Source of the DNA: Macrostomum lignano
Taxonomy: Eukaryota
Assembly (NCBI GenBank): GCA_002269645.1
Contig: NIVC01003003.1
Coordinates: 30,042 to 94,041, forward strand
Direction of reading: 5' to 3'
Length of the DNA: 64,000 bases
The position numbers and the translations under genes were made by a program. How positions within the stretch are numbered: the stretch's first letter is position 1; each line of letters starts with the position of its first letter. Of the stretch, positions 11,428-23,600 are shown piece after piece. Below the pieces are notes generated by a model. It saw nothing but the letters and a program-made list of their open reading frames with translations. It was not told the origin of the DNA and did no database searches.

Positions 11428-12395
11428 GTGAAGTTTGGAGATTGTGAAGTTTAGGGATTGCGAAGCTTGGGGATTGTGGATCTTGGGGATTGTGAAGATT
11501 GGAGATTGTGAAGCTAATGGATTGTGAAGCTAATGGATTGTGAAGCTAATGGATTGTGAAGCTAATGGATTGTGAAGCTAATGGATTGTGAAGCTAATGG
11601 ATTGTGAAGCTTGGAGATTGTGAAGATTGGAGATTGTGAAGCTTGGGGATTGTGAAGCTTTGGGATTGTGAAGCTTGGGGATTGTGAAGCTTGGGGATTG
11701 TGAAGCTTGGGGATTGTGAAGCTTGGGGATTGTGAAGCTTGGGGATTGTGAAGCTTGGGGATTGTGAAGCTTGGGGATTGTGAAGCTTGGGGATTGTGAA
11801 GCTTGGGGATTGTGAAGCTTGGGGATTGTGAAGCTTGGGGATTGTGAAGCTTGGGGATTGTGAAGCTTGGGGATTGTGAAGCTTGGGGATTGTGAAGCTT
11901 GGGGATTGTGAAGCTTGGGGATTGTGAAGCTTGGGGATTGTGAAGCTTGGGGATTGTGAAGCTTGGGGATTGTGAAGCTTGGGGATTGTGAAGCTTGGGG
12001 ATTGTGAAGCTTGGGGATTGTGAAGATTGGAGATTATGAAGCTTGGGGATTGTGAAGATTGGGGATTGGGAGGCTTGGAGATTGTGAAGCTTGGGGATTG
12101 TGAAGCTTGGGGATTGTGAAGCTTGGGGATTGTGAAGCTTGGGGATTGTGAAGCTTGGGGATTGTGAAGCTTGGGGATTGTGAAGCTTGGGGATTGTGAA
12201 GCTTGGGGATTGTGAAGCTTGGGGATTGTGAAGCTTGGGGATTGTGAAGATTGGGGATTGGGAGGCTTGGAGATTCTGGAGATTGGTGATTGGGAGGCTT
12301 TGGGATTGTGAAGATTGGGGATTGTGAAGCATGGATTGGGAAGTTTGGGCATTGGTGAAGTTGGATGTCAATGGGGATTGTGAAATCTGGAGAGT
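11428..12395. repeat. 16-bp minisatellite (GCTTGGGGATTGTGAA), about 60 copies
   Basis: Homogeneous core with degenerate edges. Confidence 0.97.
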
Positions 12396-12994
12396 TTGAG
12401 CCAGTTTCACAGCTGGTGACAGTCAGCTTTGCATTTCGATCTTGTAAACAATAATAATAAGCAGAAGCTTTTTCTGTCAGTGCTTACTTCTAAAAGTCAA
12501 AGCAGCAATCAGCAATTTTGTCCGTCAGGCCTCAGCCAGAATTCCAACTACAAAGGCCAATAATTACCGGTCCCAGGTACTCGTAAAAGGGGAGTTTATC
12601 AAACGTGTTTAAGTCAGACAATTTCAAGATCTGTGAAGAAATATTCTGGAAAAAGAAGGTCGACAATGCTCATAATTGCAACATAATCGCACAGTTTATT
12701 GCACCAATTATAGTCCGTAAATTTTGGTTCAGCCGGCTATAGCAAAATCTGCGACAATTATCGCCTAATCTGCAACAAAGGCACTGACGCATCCAATGCC
12801 AAATTTTCTGGCCTTGGACAATTTTCGCAAAATTACAGTAAATTACATAATGCTCCAATTATTTTGTTTGCGGCAATCAGCATCTTCTGCGGGGGATAAA
12901 TTGCTTCTATTTTGCAATTGTTCCAATCATTCTTTTCCTTAGGGGTGACGTCTAAAAGCAAGGAAAGTTGCCTTTTCAATATTGGTCAATGTCC

Positions 12995-13690
12995 AACTGC
13001 CCTAATCTGCTTCTACCTACGTCTCTTCATATCTACCCATTCCTATCAACAATCAACATCTAACTGCCCTAATCTGCTTCTACCTACGTCTCTTCATATC
13101 TACCCATTCCTATCAACAATCAACATCTAACTGCCCTAATCTGCTTCTATCTACCTCTCTTCATATCTACCCATTCCTATCAACAATCAACATCTAACTG
13201 CCCTAATCTGCTTCTATCTACCTCTCTTCATATCTACCCATTCCTATCAACATCTACTCACCTCTAGAAAAATATAAACGCCTCTACAAACATCTACCCA
13301 CCTCTACAAGCATCTACCCACCTCTACAAGCATCTACCCACCTCTACAAACATCTACTTACCTCTATAAGCATCTACCCACCTTTACAAACATCTACCCA
13401 CCTCTACAAACATCTACCCACCTCTACAAACATCTGCCAACCTCTACAAACATCTATTTACCTCTACAAGCATCTACCCACCTCTACAAACATCTATTTA
13501 CCTCTACAAGCATCTACCCACCTCTACAAACATCTATTTACCTCTAAAAACATCTACCCACCTCTACAAACATCTATTTACCTCTACAAACATCTACCCA
13601 CCTCTACAAACATCTATTTACCTCTACAAACATCTACCCACCTCTACAAACATCTACCCACCTCTACAAACATCTACCCATCTCTACCAA
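12995..13690. repeat. 67-bp x4 array followed by 20-bp (CATCTACCCACCTCTACAAA) array
   Basis: AACTGCCCTAATC recurs at 12995, 13062, 13129 and 13196; 20-bp units at 13260-13690. Confidence 0.93.
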
Positions 13691-13972
13691 ATCTGCAGTT
13701 TTGTTCACAGTTGACAAGCTTCAATAATTTTTTATCTTTAATATTTTTTAGCGTATTTTCAGCGTATTTTTGGAATGCATACACTCTAATACATTCCAAA
13801 ACTTTCCAAAATTCTTCCGGCCAGTCAGCCAGTCAGTTGTTAAACTCAATTAAATTAGCCGGCACACTAAGTGAGGCGCACAGCAATAGGCATTGTCCTT
13901 CAGATCCTTCAGTTGGCGAAATCGGAGAACTGTTGGCCCAGCAGAGCTGCTAAGTGGAATCACATTTCGTTT

Positions 13973-13989
13973 CTGTCTCTCTCTCTCTT

Positions 13990-14047
<58 letters not shown>

Positions 14048-14053
14048 CCTCTC
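13973..14053. repeat. (CT)n microsatellite
   Basis: Seen directly. Confidence 0.95.
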
Positions 14054-14369
14054 TGGCGATATATGGTTTGGAAGCTCGGCTTTTCCAACTGGGGTCTGTC
14101 AATTCTCTAAGAAATTTGCCCCCCCCCCCTCTTGGACCCCCCGTTGGCTCAAAAATCCCTTCGCGCTGTTCACTTCTTTGGCGAAAATTTTCCTGGGAAT
14201 AACGTGGAAGTTTCTATTTCTATTTTAACGCATAGGGTTGAATATTTTGTCGACAGGATATTTCCATGAAAGCCAAAAATTGAGTGCACTTACCGGTCGA
14301 GGATCGTAATTGTTTGAGATCCTCATCCCAGATTCTCGTTTTCTTAAGATCCTAAAGAATCTTATTTTT

Positions 14370-14865
14370 TCCAGATCCCTTCCTTTTAGATCCCATCCTT
14401 CTAGATCCCATCCTTCTAGATCCCTTCCTTTTAGATCCCATCCTTTTAGATCCCATCCTTCTAGATCCCATCCTTTTAGATCCCATCCTTCTAGATCCCA
14501 TCCTTCTAGATCCCATCCTTTTAGATCTCATGCTTCTAGATCTCATGCTTCCAGATCCCATCCTTCCAGATCCCATCCGTCCAGATCCCATCCTTCCAGA
14601 TCCCATCCTTCCAGATCCCATCCTTTTAGATATCATGCTTCCAGATCCCATCTTTCCATATCCCATCCGTCCAGATCCCATCCTTCCAGATCCCATCCGT
14701 CTAGATCCCATGCTTTTAGATCCCATCCTTCTGTAGATCCCATCCTTTTAGATCCCATGCTTCTAGATCCCATCCTTCTAGATCCCATCCTTCCAGATCC
14801 CATCCTTCTATATCCCATTCTTCTAGATCCCATTCTTCTAGATCCCATGCATCTAGATTCCATTC
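14370..14865. repeat. 15-bp minisatellite (TTCTAGATCCCATCC)
   Basis: About 33 copies. Confidence 0.95.
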
Positions 14866-15735
14866 GCTAAACAGCTAAAGGAGATGCCATAGCACTGGGC
14901 ACGGCAGGAAGTCTCCACCTAAAAGCCAAAGCCAGCCTTCAAGATGTTGAAGTAATAAAACAATCTCCTCTCAGCCTCTTTTCTCCCCCCGTCTCATCTT
15001 CGCGCCCCAGATCCTTATCACCACCTGAGCTTTAGTACCACCTCTATCTGCTCTTATTAGTCTATAAGTCTCAGGTGTGGAACGCCTTCGCCAAAGTGGT
15101 CCTCTCCAGCATCCTGTTCCGCTGCGGCATCCGGGATGCAGGCACTAATTAAGCCAGGGCCTGTTCCCATAGAATTTGCTTCGCTAATTTTTTCTCTCGC
15201 CATTAGCTGGGAAAAAGAGAGATAGAGGAATAAATGCTTTCGGCCGGCTGCTCGCTGAGCGTGTGCAGAAGCAGACTTATGAGTTGAGAAGCTGCCGCCC
15301 CTGATGCAGGGCACGTTCGGCTCCTCATCCTTCCCCCCTTCTCTCAGTCTCCTTCGATCTCTTCTCTACCTCTCAGAGCTAAAAGCCACATAGAGGGGGG
15401 GGGGCTGAAGACGATTCTAGAAATTGTTGAAGCCTATAATTTTGTGTGCACACACAGGCACTCACACATCCGACCGCTTGGTTAATTGTATGCCTAGAAT
15501 AAGCGAAGGGCTGAGATAATCACTTATAATTAAGGATCGGCGCCCCTGATTTCGCAGCAGAGTCTCTCATTGCCTGGATTTCTCTCGAATCTCGTCATTT
15601 CTTCATCTGAGCTCATCTATAGGCTTGATCCGACAGGCTCAAGTCTGATTCGGGTAGAGTTCCAAGAAACAAAGGGCCTGTATTAAATGGCACTAAAACC
15701 TAAAAAAATGGATAGTTTTGTGAGTAGCTGACACT

Positions 15736-16003
15736 TAGTGTCAGTCAGTGGCTCTAAAATAAGTGTCAGCAGCGCGAAAATGAGTGTCAGTGATGCTAAA
15801 ATGAGTGTCAGCCATGCTCCAATAAGTGTCAGCAGCGCGAAAATGAGTGTCAGCGATGCTTCAATAAGTGTCAGCTGCTTGAAAATAAGTGTCAGCTATG
15901 CTCCAATAAGTGTCAGTGATGTTAAAATAAGTGTCAGCGGCGCTAAAATAAGTGTCAGCGGCGCTAAAATAAGTGTCAGCGGCGCTAAAATGAGTGTCAG
16001 CGG
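15736..16003. repeat. 21-bp minisatellite (AAAATAAGTGTCAGCGGCGCT-like)
   Basis: About 12 degenerate copies. Confidence 0.92.
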
Positions 16004-16828
16004 CACCCAGTTTCGATGTCATCAAGGCTAAAATTGCACCTGAAGCGCCAAACTAAGTTGCCGAATCCCTTTCCCCCAAAAATATGACACCTCCTGCCCG
16101 AAATCCCAATTTGCAATCCTCCCCAGCACTTGGCCCGGGTTTGCAAAACTATGGAAAACGCCGAGCAGCCCCAGAAAGCTCCGCAATGACAGTCAGCAGC
16201 AGCTCTCGGGCCTCTATTGGCTGCCATGGGCTTTTGGCTCTGGGCATCGTCTTTGCAGCAATGGTTTCGCGTCTCTCAACTGTTGGCTGTGGCGCGGGTG
16301 GGGTAGGCAATGGGGGAGGGTGGGTGTTAACCGAAAGCAGGGGGGTGGGGAGAGAGAGGGAAGGATAGAATAGAAAAGGAAGGATCAGCAGCGGCGGCAG
16401 TTCCCCTCAGCTTAAAAAAGCTTAACGCTCATATCAGCGAGGTAAACGACTACTTAAACAACTGCTAGACAAGAGCAGCCCGAGCTACTATAGCAAAAGA
16501 AATCAACTTTCTGCTTGAGCTTGAGTTCACTTAAGTTCGCTTAATTCCCGGAAACTCAATCGTCTTTTGTCCAATATTTTCTGCCATTAGAAGCGGTCCC
16601 TCATCCCAGCATATTTCGCTTCATCTAACTTGGAAGAGTTCTCTCTGTGTTTTGGTGTTCTCCCCAATTGATTAATCCCTTCTTGTCTCTCAGTGAATAA
16701 TCATCTGGATTCCAGGCTCATCCGCTTCTCCGCAGCAGCTTCAACTCCGAACTCAACTTTCATCCATCTAGCGGACTTCACGAACAGGAGGAAGAGGGTA
16801 AGAAAATCCTGACGCGCTGAAGAAATCC

Positions 16829-17245
16829 ATCTGTCTGAGTGCCTGTCTGAGTGTCTGTCTGAGTGTCTGCCTTAGTGTCTGCCTTAGTGTCTGTCCTATT
16901 GTCTGTCCTAGTGCCTGTCTTAGTGTCTGTCCTAGTGCCTGCCTTAGTGTCTGCCTTAGTGTCTGCCTTAGTGTCTGTCTCAGTGCTTGTCTTAGTGCCT
17001 GTCTTAGTGTCTGCCATAGTGTCTGCTTTAGTGTCTGCCATAGTGTCTGCCTTAGTGTCTGCCTTAGTGTCTGTCGTAGTGTCTGCCTTAGTGTCTGCCA
17101 TAGTGCCTGTCTTAGTGTCTGCCATAGTGTCTGCTTTAGTGTCTGCCATAGTGTCTGCCTTAGTGTCTGCCTTAGTGTCTGTCTTACTGTCTGTCTCAGT
17201 GCTTGTCTTGGTCCATGTCTTAATGTCTGCCTTAGTCTCTGTTTT
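16829..17245. repeat. 12-bp minisatellite (CTTAGTGTCTGC)
   Basis: About 34 degenerate copies. Confidence 0.93.
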
Positions 17246-18048
17246 AGTGTGTGCCTATCAGCAGCTTATTTCTTTTTACTGCGAGCATCAGAATCCCTCA
17301 ATGCTAGATCTCATATCGTTTCTCTCTCCCTCTCCCTCTCTCTCTCCTCTCTCCTCTCGCCTCTCGCTCGGTCTCTCAACACTAACACTTTTTACAGATT
17401 TGAACCGCCCCGAATGTTGACTGCAACCGTTTAGGGGGTTCGAGCAGCTGAAGCGGAGCAGAAAAAATAGCGGCTCCCTCTTTCTCGGCTGGTGCATAAG
17501 AAGAAATTATTCAACCATTTCGCTCCCGGAGACTCAGTCGTCATCGTTCCCTCAATCTTACTCAACCCCCCCATCTTTCCAGCATGCCGCCCCGCTCCTC
17601 TCCTCATCCTAGCTCTCGCAGAAGAAGAAAATATTTCCATCCATCCACCCCCCTCATCCATTCCAAGGCGGAATCGTTTTAAACATTCCTTCCGTTGGGG
17701 GTTTTTTACTCTTCGGTTCGTTTCTTCCTCCCCCCGCTCCTGCGCGCGCGATGCTTTAATAAATATTTCCTGGAGGGGAAAAATCCGACTCGACTCCGCG
17801 ACACGGCGAAATCCCCAAGAGGACGCTGCCGTTGCGAGGAACAAACGGCGGAGGTGGGGAAGGAATTATTAATAAAAAGCGGTCTCGCAATCCAACGGCT
17901 TTAATTCCCTTACCGCTTCTTTCTTGCATATTTCTTGAATATTTCTTGCTTTTTGCTTCCAGTAGCAGATGCCAAGAAAGAATAAAATTAAGAGTAGGGT
18001 TTGCAAATTAAATTCTAAATAGTGTTGTGTCCTTCATTTACCCTCCAG

Positions 18049-18110
18049 TTCTGACAGAACCAAAGCAGCTCAACATCAACAGAGAAACCCCACGGGAGCT
18101 ACTCGAGAAG
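18049..18110 (+). other. Candidate upstream exon of the E-protein gene (5' UTR or N-terminal extension)
   Basis: Pyrimidine tract plus ctccag| acceptor and AAG|gtaaac donor; open and in frame with the acceptor at 18808. Confidence 0.4.
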
Positions 18111-18822
18111 GTAAACTGCAAGCAAAAATGTGCCCTAAACGGGCCGTTTTTACGTTTTCACTACTTGGAGCAGGGGACCAGATGAGAGAGTAGATGAGAG
18201 GGGAGAGAAGAGATAAGAGAGAAGCTGAGAAATGACACAAACCTTGAGCTAGCTTACTCCTGACTTAGAGAAAATTCATATTCCAATTCCGACTCATAGC
18301 GGACCCAACAAAATCGGATCGGTCATTGATTTTCCCCTCTCTCCCCCTCTCCCTCTTATCCCTCCTTTACCCTGCTCCCAAACACAAAGGAGGCCACCCA
18401 GGACTAGAAGCACGCACAAGGGGGACCCACGCAAACTTTGACAAGCATTCTGAAGCTTGGTCTGGCCCGCACACTCGCTTCTGATGATTGAGCGAACTGG
18501 CTGGAAGAAACCCTTACTGAGCTTAACTTCCCTAACCCCCAACTCCCCCCCCAACCCTCACTCATCCAGCGATCTTCCTTGTACTCAAGTTCTGCTCAGC
18601 TCTTTGTTTTACTCAAACCGAGCGCCCCCAGTGGGCCATAACACATCGTCCTTAGTAGAAGAGTAAAATAAGAGAGAGAGAGGGGAGGCCCATGAAGCTA
18701 ACATATCAGAGAACCCAACTACTTACTCGAATCCCCAAGTTAGTTGGAAGCCAACATTGCCACTCTACTAAATCTGCAGGCTATTTAAATTCAATCATTT
18801 TTTACAGGAAATCGCGTTGCAC

Positions 18823-20551
18823 ATGCTCAGCGTTAGCAGCAGTCCAGTTAGTCAGCAGGTCAACAGCGCTAACGGTCACCAACAGCAGCAGCAGCAGCAC
18901 AACAACGGCTACCAGCAGCACCCCATGGACAGCCTGACTGGAAATCCTCATCATCAGCATCAGCAGCGGCAGCTGACTGGCCTGCAGCATCAACTCGGAG
19001 CGCACCAGCAGCTGCACAACAACAACATCATGGAGGCCGGCCTGATGAGCTCAGGCGTTGGCTACTATGATCAGCAGCAATTCAGCCATTTTCCCGACTC
19101 AAGCAATCCGTTGGACTACTTTCAGGTTGGGGTCGCTCACGCTGGCAAATTTGCCGAGGTGAGGCAAATTTGATCTTGAGTACTTTGATGACGTCACACC
19201 TTAGTTGATCGCATATAGATAGCATTTCATATGCATCCGACTTGAATATGCAATGGCACCAAACTCATAAGAAAATGGCATCTATCAGTCCGATTGAAAA
19301 TGGCATCCTATTATCAAAAATGACACCCACCCGATTGACAATGGCATCCTATTATCAGAAATGACACCCACCCGATTAAAAATGGCATCCTATTATCAAA
19401 AATAACACCCACCCGATTGACAATGGCATCCTATTATCAAAAATGACACCCACCCGATTGAAAATGGCATCCTATTATCAAAAATAACACCCACCCGATT
19501 GACAATGGCATCCTATTATCAAAAATGACACCCACCCGATTAAAAATGGCATCCTATTATCAAAAATAACACCCACCCGATTGAAAATGGCATCCTATTA
19601 TCAAAAATGACACCCACCCGATTGAAAATCGCATCCTATTATCAAAAATGACACCCACCCGATTGAAAATGGCATCCTATTATCAAAAATGACACCCACC
19701 CGATTGAAAATGGCATCCTATTATCAAAAATGACACCCACCGATTGAAAATGGCATCCTATTATCAAAAATGACACCCACCCGATTGAAAATGGCATCCT
19801 ATTATCAAAAATGACACCCACCCGATTGAAAATGGCATCCTATTATCAAAAATGACACCCACCCGATTGAAAATGGCATCCTATTATCAAAAATGACACC
19901 CACCCGATTGAAAATGGCATCCTATTATCAAAAATGACACCCACCCGATTGAAAATCGCATCCTATTATCAAAAATGACACCCACCCGATTGAAAATGGC
20001 ATCCTATTATCAAAAATGACACCCACCCGATTGAAAATGGCATCCTATTATCAAAAATGACACCCACCCGATTGAAAACGACATCCTAGTAGAATCAACA
20101 ATGGCACTACATCTACATTCGAAAAATGGCATCTTTTATTAAAAACTCTCCCTCAAGATCAAGCCTGACACGCATGAAGAAAATCACCCTGTTTTAGATT
20201 GGGAATCTGAGTCCTTCTCTCTATCTCAATTTTAGTGCAAATATTTTCTATCTTCGCTGCCCAGGTGACTCAGCCAAGCGTTATTATTGAGAGGCCTGTT
20301 CGATGCTCCCCGATTTTATGACCCCAACGGCTTGCAGTAGCCTCTCCCATCTATCGAACTGCCCGACCCGTCCTATCCGGCAGCCGCTTATTTTGAGTTC
20401 TAGAAATGCTCAAGCAAAACCCGCACCTCCCTTCTGCCCTCCTCCCATCTCCTCGCTCTCTCGCTCGCTTGCTACTTTAGCAAATGTTTAACCAAACCGG
20501 GGCTTCTTATCGGACTGAAAGAAAATGGCCAGCATAGGAATTTCTGGATCG

Positions 20552-20609
<58 letters not shown>

Positions 20610-23600
20610 CTCGGTCCAGTCTCTCTCCGTCATCAAGTTGCTAGCTAGTCTGGAGCTGGCTGGCACTATTGCTAGCGTTCGATGACAGTTCGAGTCGAAT
20701 AGAGGTTTGGGGGGAGGGGGGGGGGGCTTTGGAACGAAGCTTCCAGACTGGAGCTGCAGAAATAGATTTCTTTCTTAATCTATCTGCTTCTATAGTAGGC
20801 GGACAAATTGATAACCAGAAGGATAGATATCGACATTAAGACAGGCCCTGAGACATACGGACAGACACACATTAGGCCAATATCCAATATGAAGAGACAC
20901 ACACTAAGCCAATATCAAGAGACACACTAAGCCAATATGGAGAGACACACTAAGCCAATATGGAGAGACACACTAAGCGAATATGGAGAGACACACACTA
21001 AGCCAATATGGAGAGACATACTAAGCCATATGGAGAGACACACTAAGCCAATATGGAGAGACACACTAAGCCAATATCGAGAGACACACTAAGCCAATAT
21101 GGAGAGACATACTAAGCCATATGGAGAGACACACTAAGCCATATGGAGAGACACACATTAAGCCAATATCGAGAGACACACACTAAGCCAATATGAAGAG
21201 ACACACTAAGCCAATATGGAGAGACACACTAAGCCAATATGGAGAGACATACTAAGCCATATGGAGAGACACACTAAGCCAATATGGAGAGACACACTAA
21301 GCCAATATGGAGAGACACACTAAGCCAATATGGAGAGACACACTAAGCCAATATCGAGAGAGACACACTAAGCCAATATCGAGAGACACACTAAGCCAAT
21401 ATCGAGAGACACACTAAGCCAATATGGAGAGACACACTAAGCCAATATCGAGAGACATACTAAGCCATATGGAGAGACACACTAAGCCAATATGGAGAGA
21501 CACACTAAGCCAATATCGAGAGACACACTAAGCCAATATGGAGAGACACACTAAGCCAATATGGAGAGACACACTAAGCCAATATGGAGAGACACACTAA
21601 GCCAATATGGAGAGACACACTAAGCCATATGGAGAGACACACATTAAGCCAATATCGAGAGACACACACTAAGCCAATATGAAGAGACACACTAAGCCAA
21701 TATGGAGAGACACACTAAGCCAATATGGAGAGACACACTAAGCCAATATGGAGAGACACACTAAGCCAATATGGAGAGACACACTAAGCCAATATCGAGA
21801 GAGACACACTAAGCCAATATCGAGAGACACACACTAAACCATATGGAGAGACACACACTAAGCCATATGGAGAGACACACACTAAGCCATATGGAGAGAC
21901 AGGTAGAACAGGATGTAAAGCTTACTGGAGCTGCAGAAAAAGCACTCACCGCTATGAATCCATTTGGTGTCAGCCTCTCAAACGCCCAGGGGTATGCTGT
22001 ACCGTCCAGTCGCTGACAATATCGCAATTTCTCTTTGAATGCATTCGCCAAACATGCAGACTTTGAGGTCCTCTTTGGAGCAGCAGTTCGCTGAGCTGGA
22101 GGAGAGGTTAGGGGGTCGCTAAAGACACAGACACAAGCGCATGGCTTATATGCATAGCTTATGCGCCCTTGCACAGAGCAGCTGGCAGCGGAGGGCCACA
22201 CACATTATCCCCCTCCTGTAACACATGGTGCTAGGCTGCCAGCACATGGTCAATTCCAGCTGGTTCTGCTATCCCTGTACGTTAGCGATTGAAAATACGC
22301 TTTGCAAAGGGCTCAGGGCTTCCATATGACGCCTTCGTTTCCTCGCCCTCTCACCCTCTCTCTCTCTCTCTCTCTCGCTCCTTCTCTTAAGACCTTCTGT
22401 CGCAAGATCTTCCGGGGTCCTATACTTTTTCGTAATCTCTATCTATTGGTGTATTAAAACTTGTTCGTTTTCTTTAGGTCTAGAGATTCATTTCTCCTTT
22501 TTTTAGAATCCACTTTAATTGAAATTTGGGAGGTACTATTGATGATTTTTAGCCTGGTTGAAACTTATTTTTCCAATTGCTCAATCAGCTAAAGGTTTGT
22601 GTGAGAAAAGATTGATAGATCCCTTCTTCCCAGGAGCATAATTCCCTTGCCAGGAGCATATTACCCTTGCCAGGAGCATATTACCCTTGCCAGGAGCATA
22701 TTACCCTTGCCAGGAGCATATTACCCTTGCCAGGAGCATATTACCCTTCCCAGAAGTATATTACCTTTTTCAAAAGCATATTACCCCTTTCCAAGAGTAT
22801 ATTACCCTTCCCGGGAGCCTATTACCCTTCCCGGCAGCATATTACTCCTTTCCAGGAAGACTGAATTACCCTTCCCATGGTAATTATCACTCCTTAATTA
22901 GAATCGTTAATTACCAGACAAATTGCCTGAATTCCTATAAGAATTGCCCATTAAAATTATCGTCCCTTCCTAGAAAACTCCCCACATTATCAACACAATT
23001 CGCCTTATTTTAATCCAATTAATTAAGATCATAGTCTTTTTAACACGTATGTCTGTACACGTTCAACGATATGTACTGTATCATCTACAACTGAAAGTTT
23101 GCCCCCGTATAGTAGCTCGCGCGGCTGGTATGATTCTTCCTTTAACGCCCCCCCCCCGTAGGCGGTAGGCGCTAGCAACAAAAGCTGACAAGTGACACGG
23201 GATGAGGCACAAGATTTGTAGCATTGTACACCGTTCCGATGTTTCTATCTATATATTATAGTTCCCTCAGTGATAAGAGTGGGGGTGGGCAGTTGGGATC
23301 TTCTTTTCTTCGTTTAGTTCCAATGTCCGCTGCAAGCCACCCACTGCGCCGAAATGAAGAACAGGGAACAGGAATATCCCGCAGACACAGTGGCGCCACA
23401 CTCGCTTACAGGATAGCATGAAGAAGCGACAGACACGGGGCAAACTGGTGGGGAGTTAAAAGAAGCAAACTGGGATGGATGCTTTCATCCTGTCTTCGCT
23501 AATGCAAGCCCTAGGATTCTACAGCTTAGACCTATCACACTGAACCCCCCATCCACCCCCCGGAGGGCAGAGAAAGATTCTTGACGCTCCAAGGTGTGAA

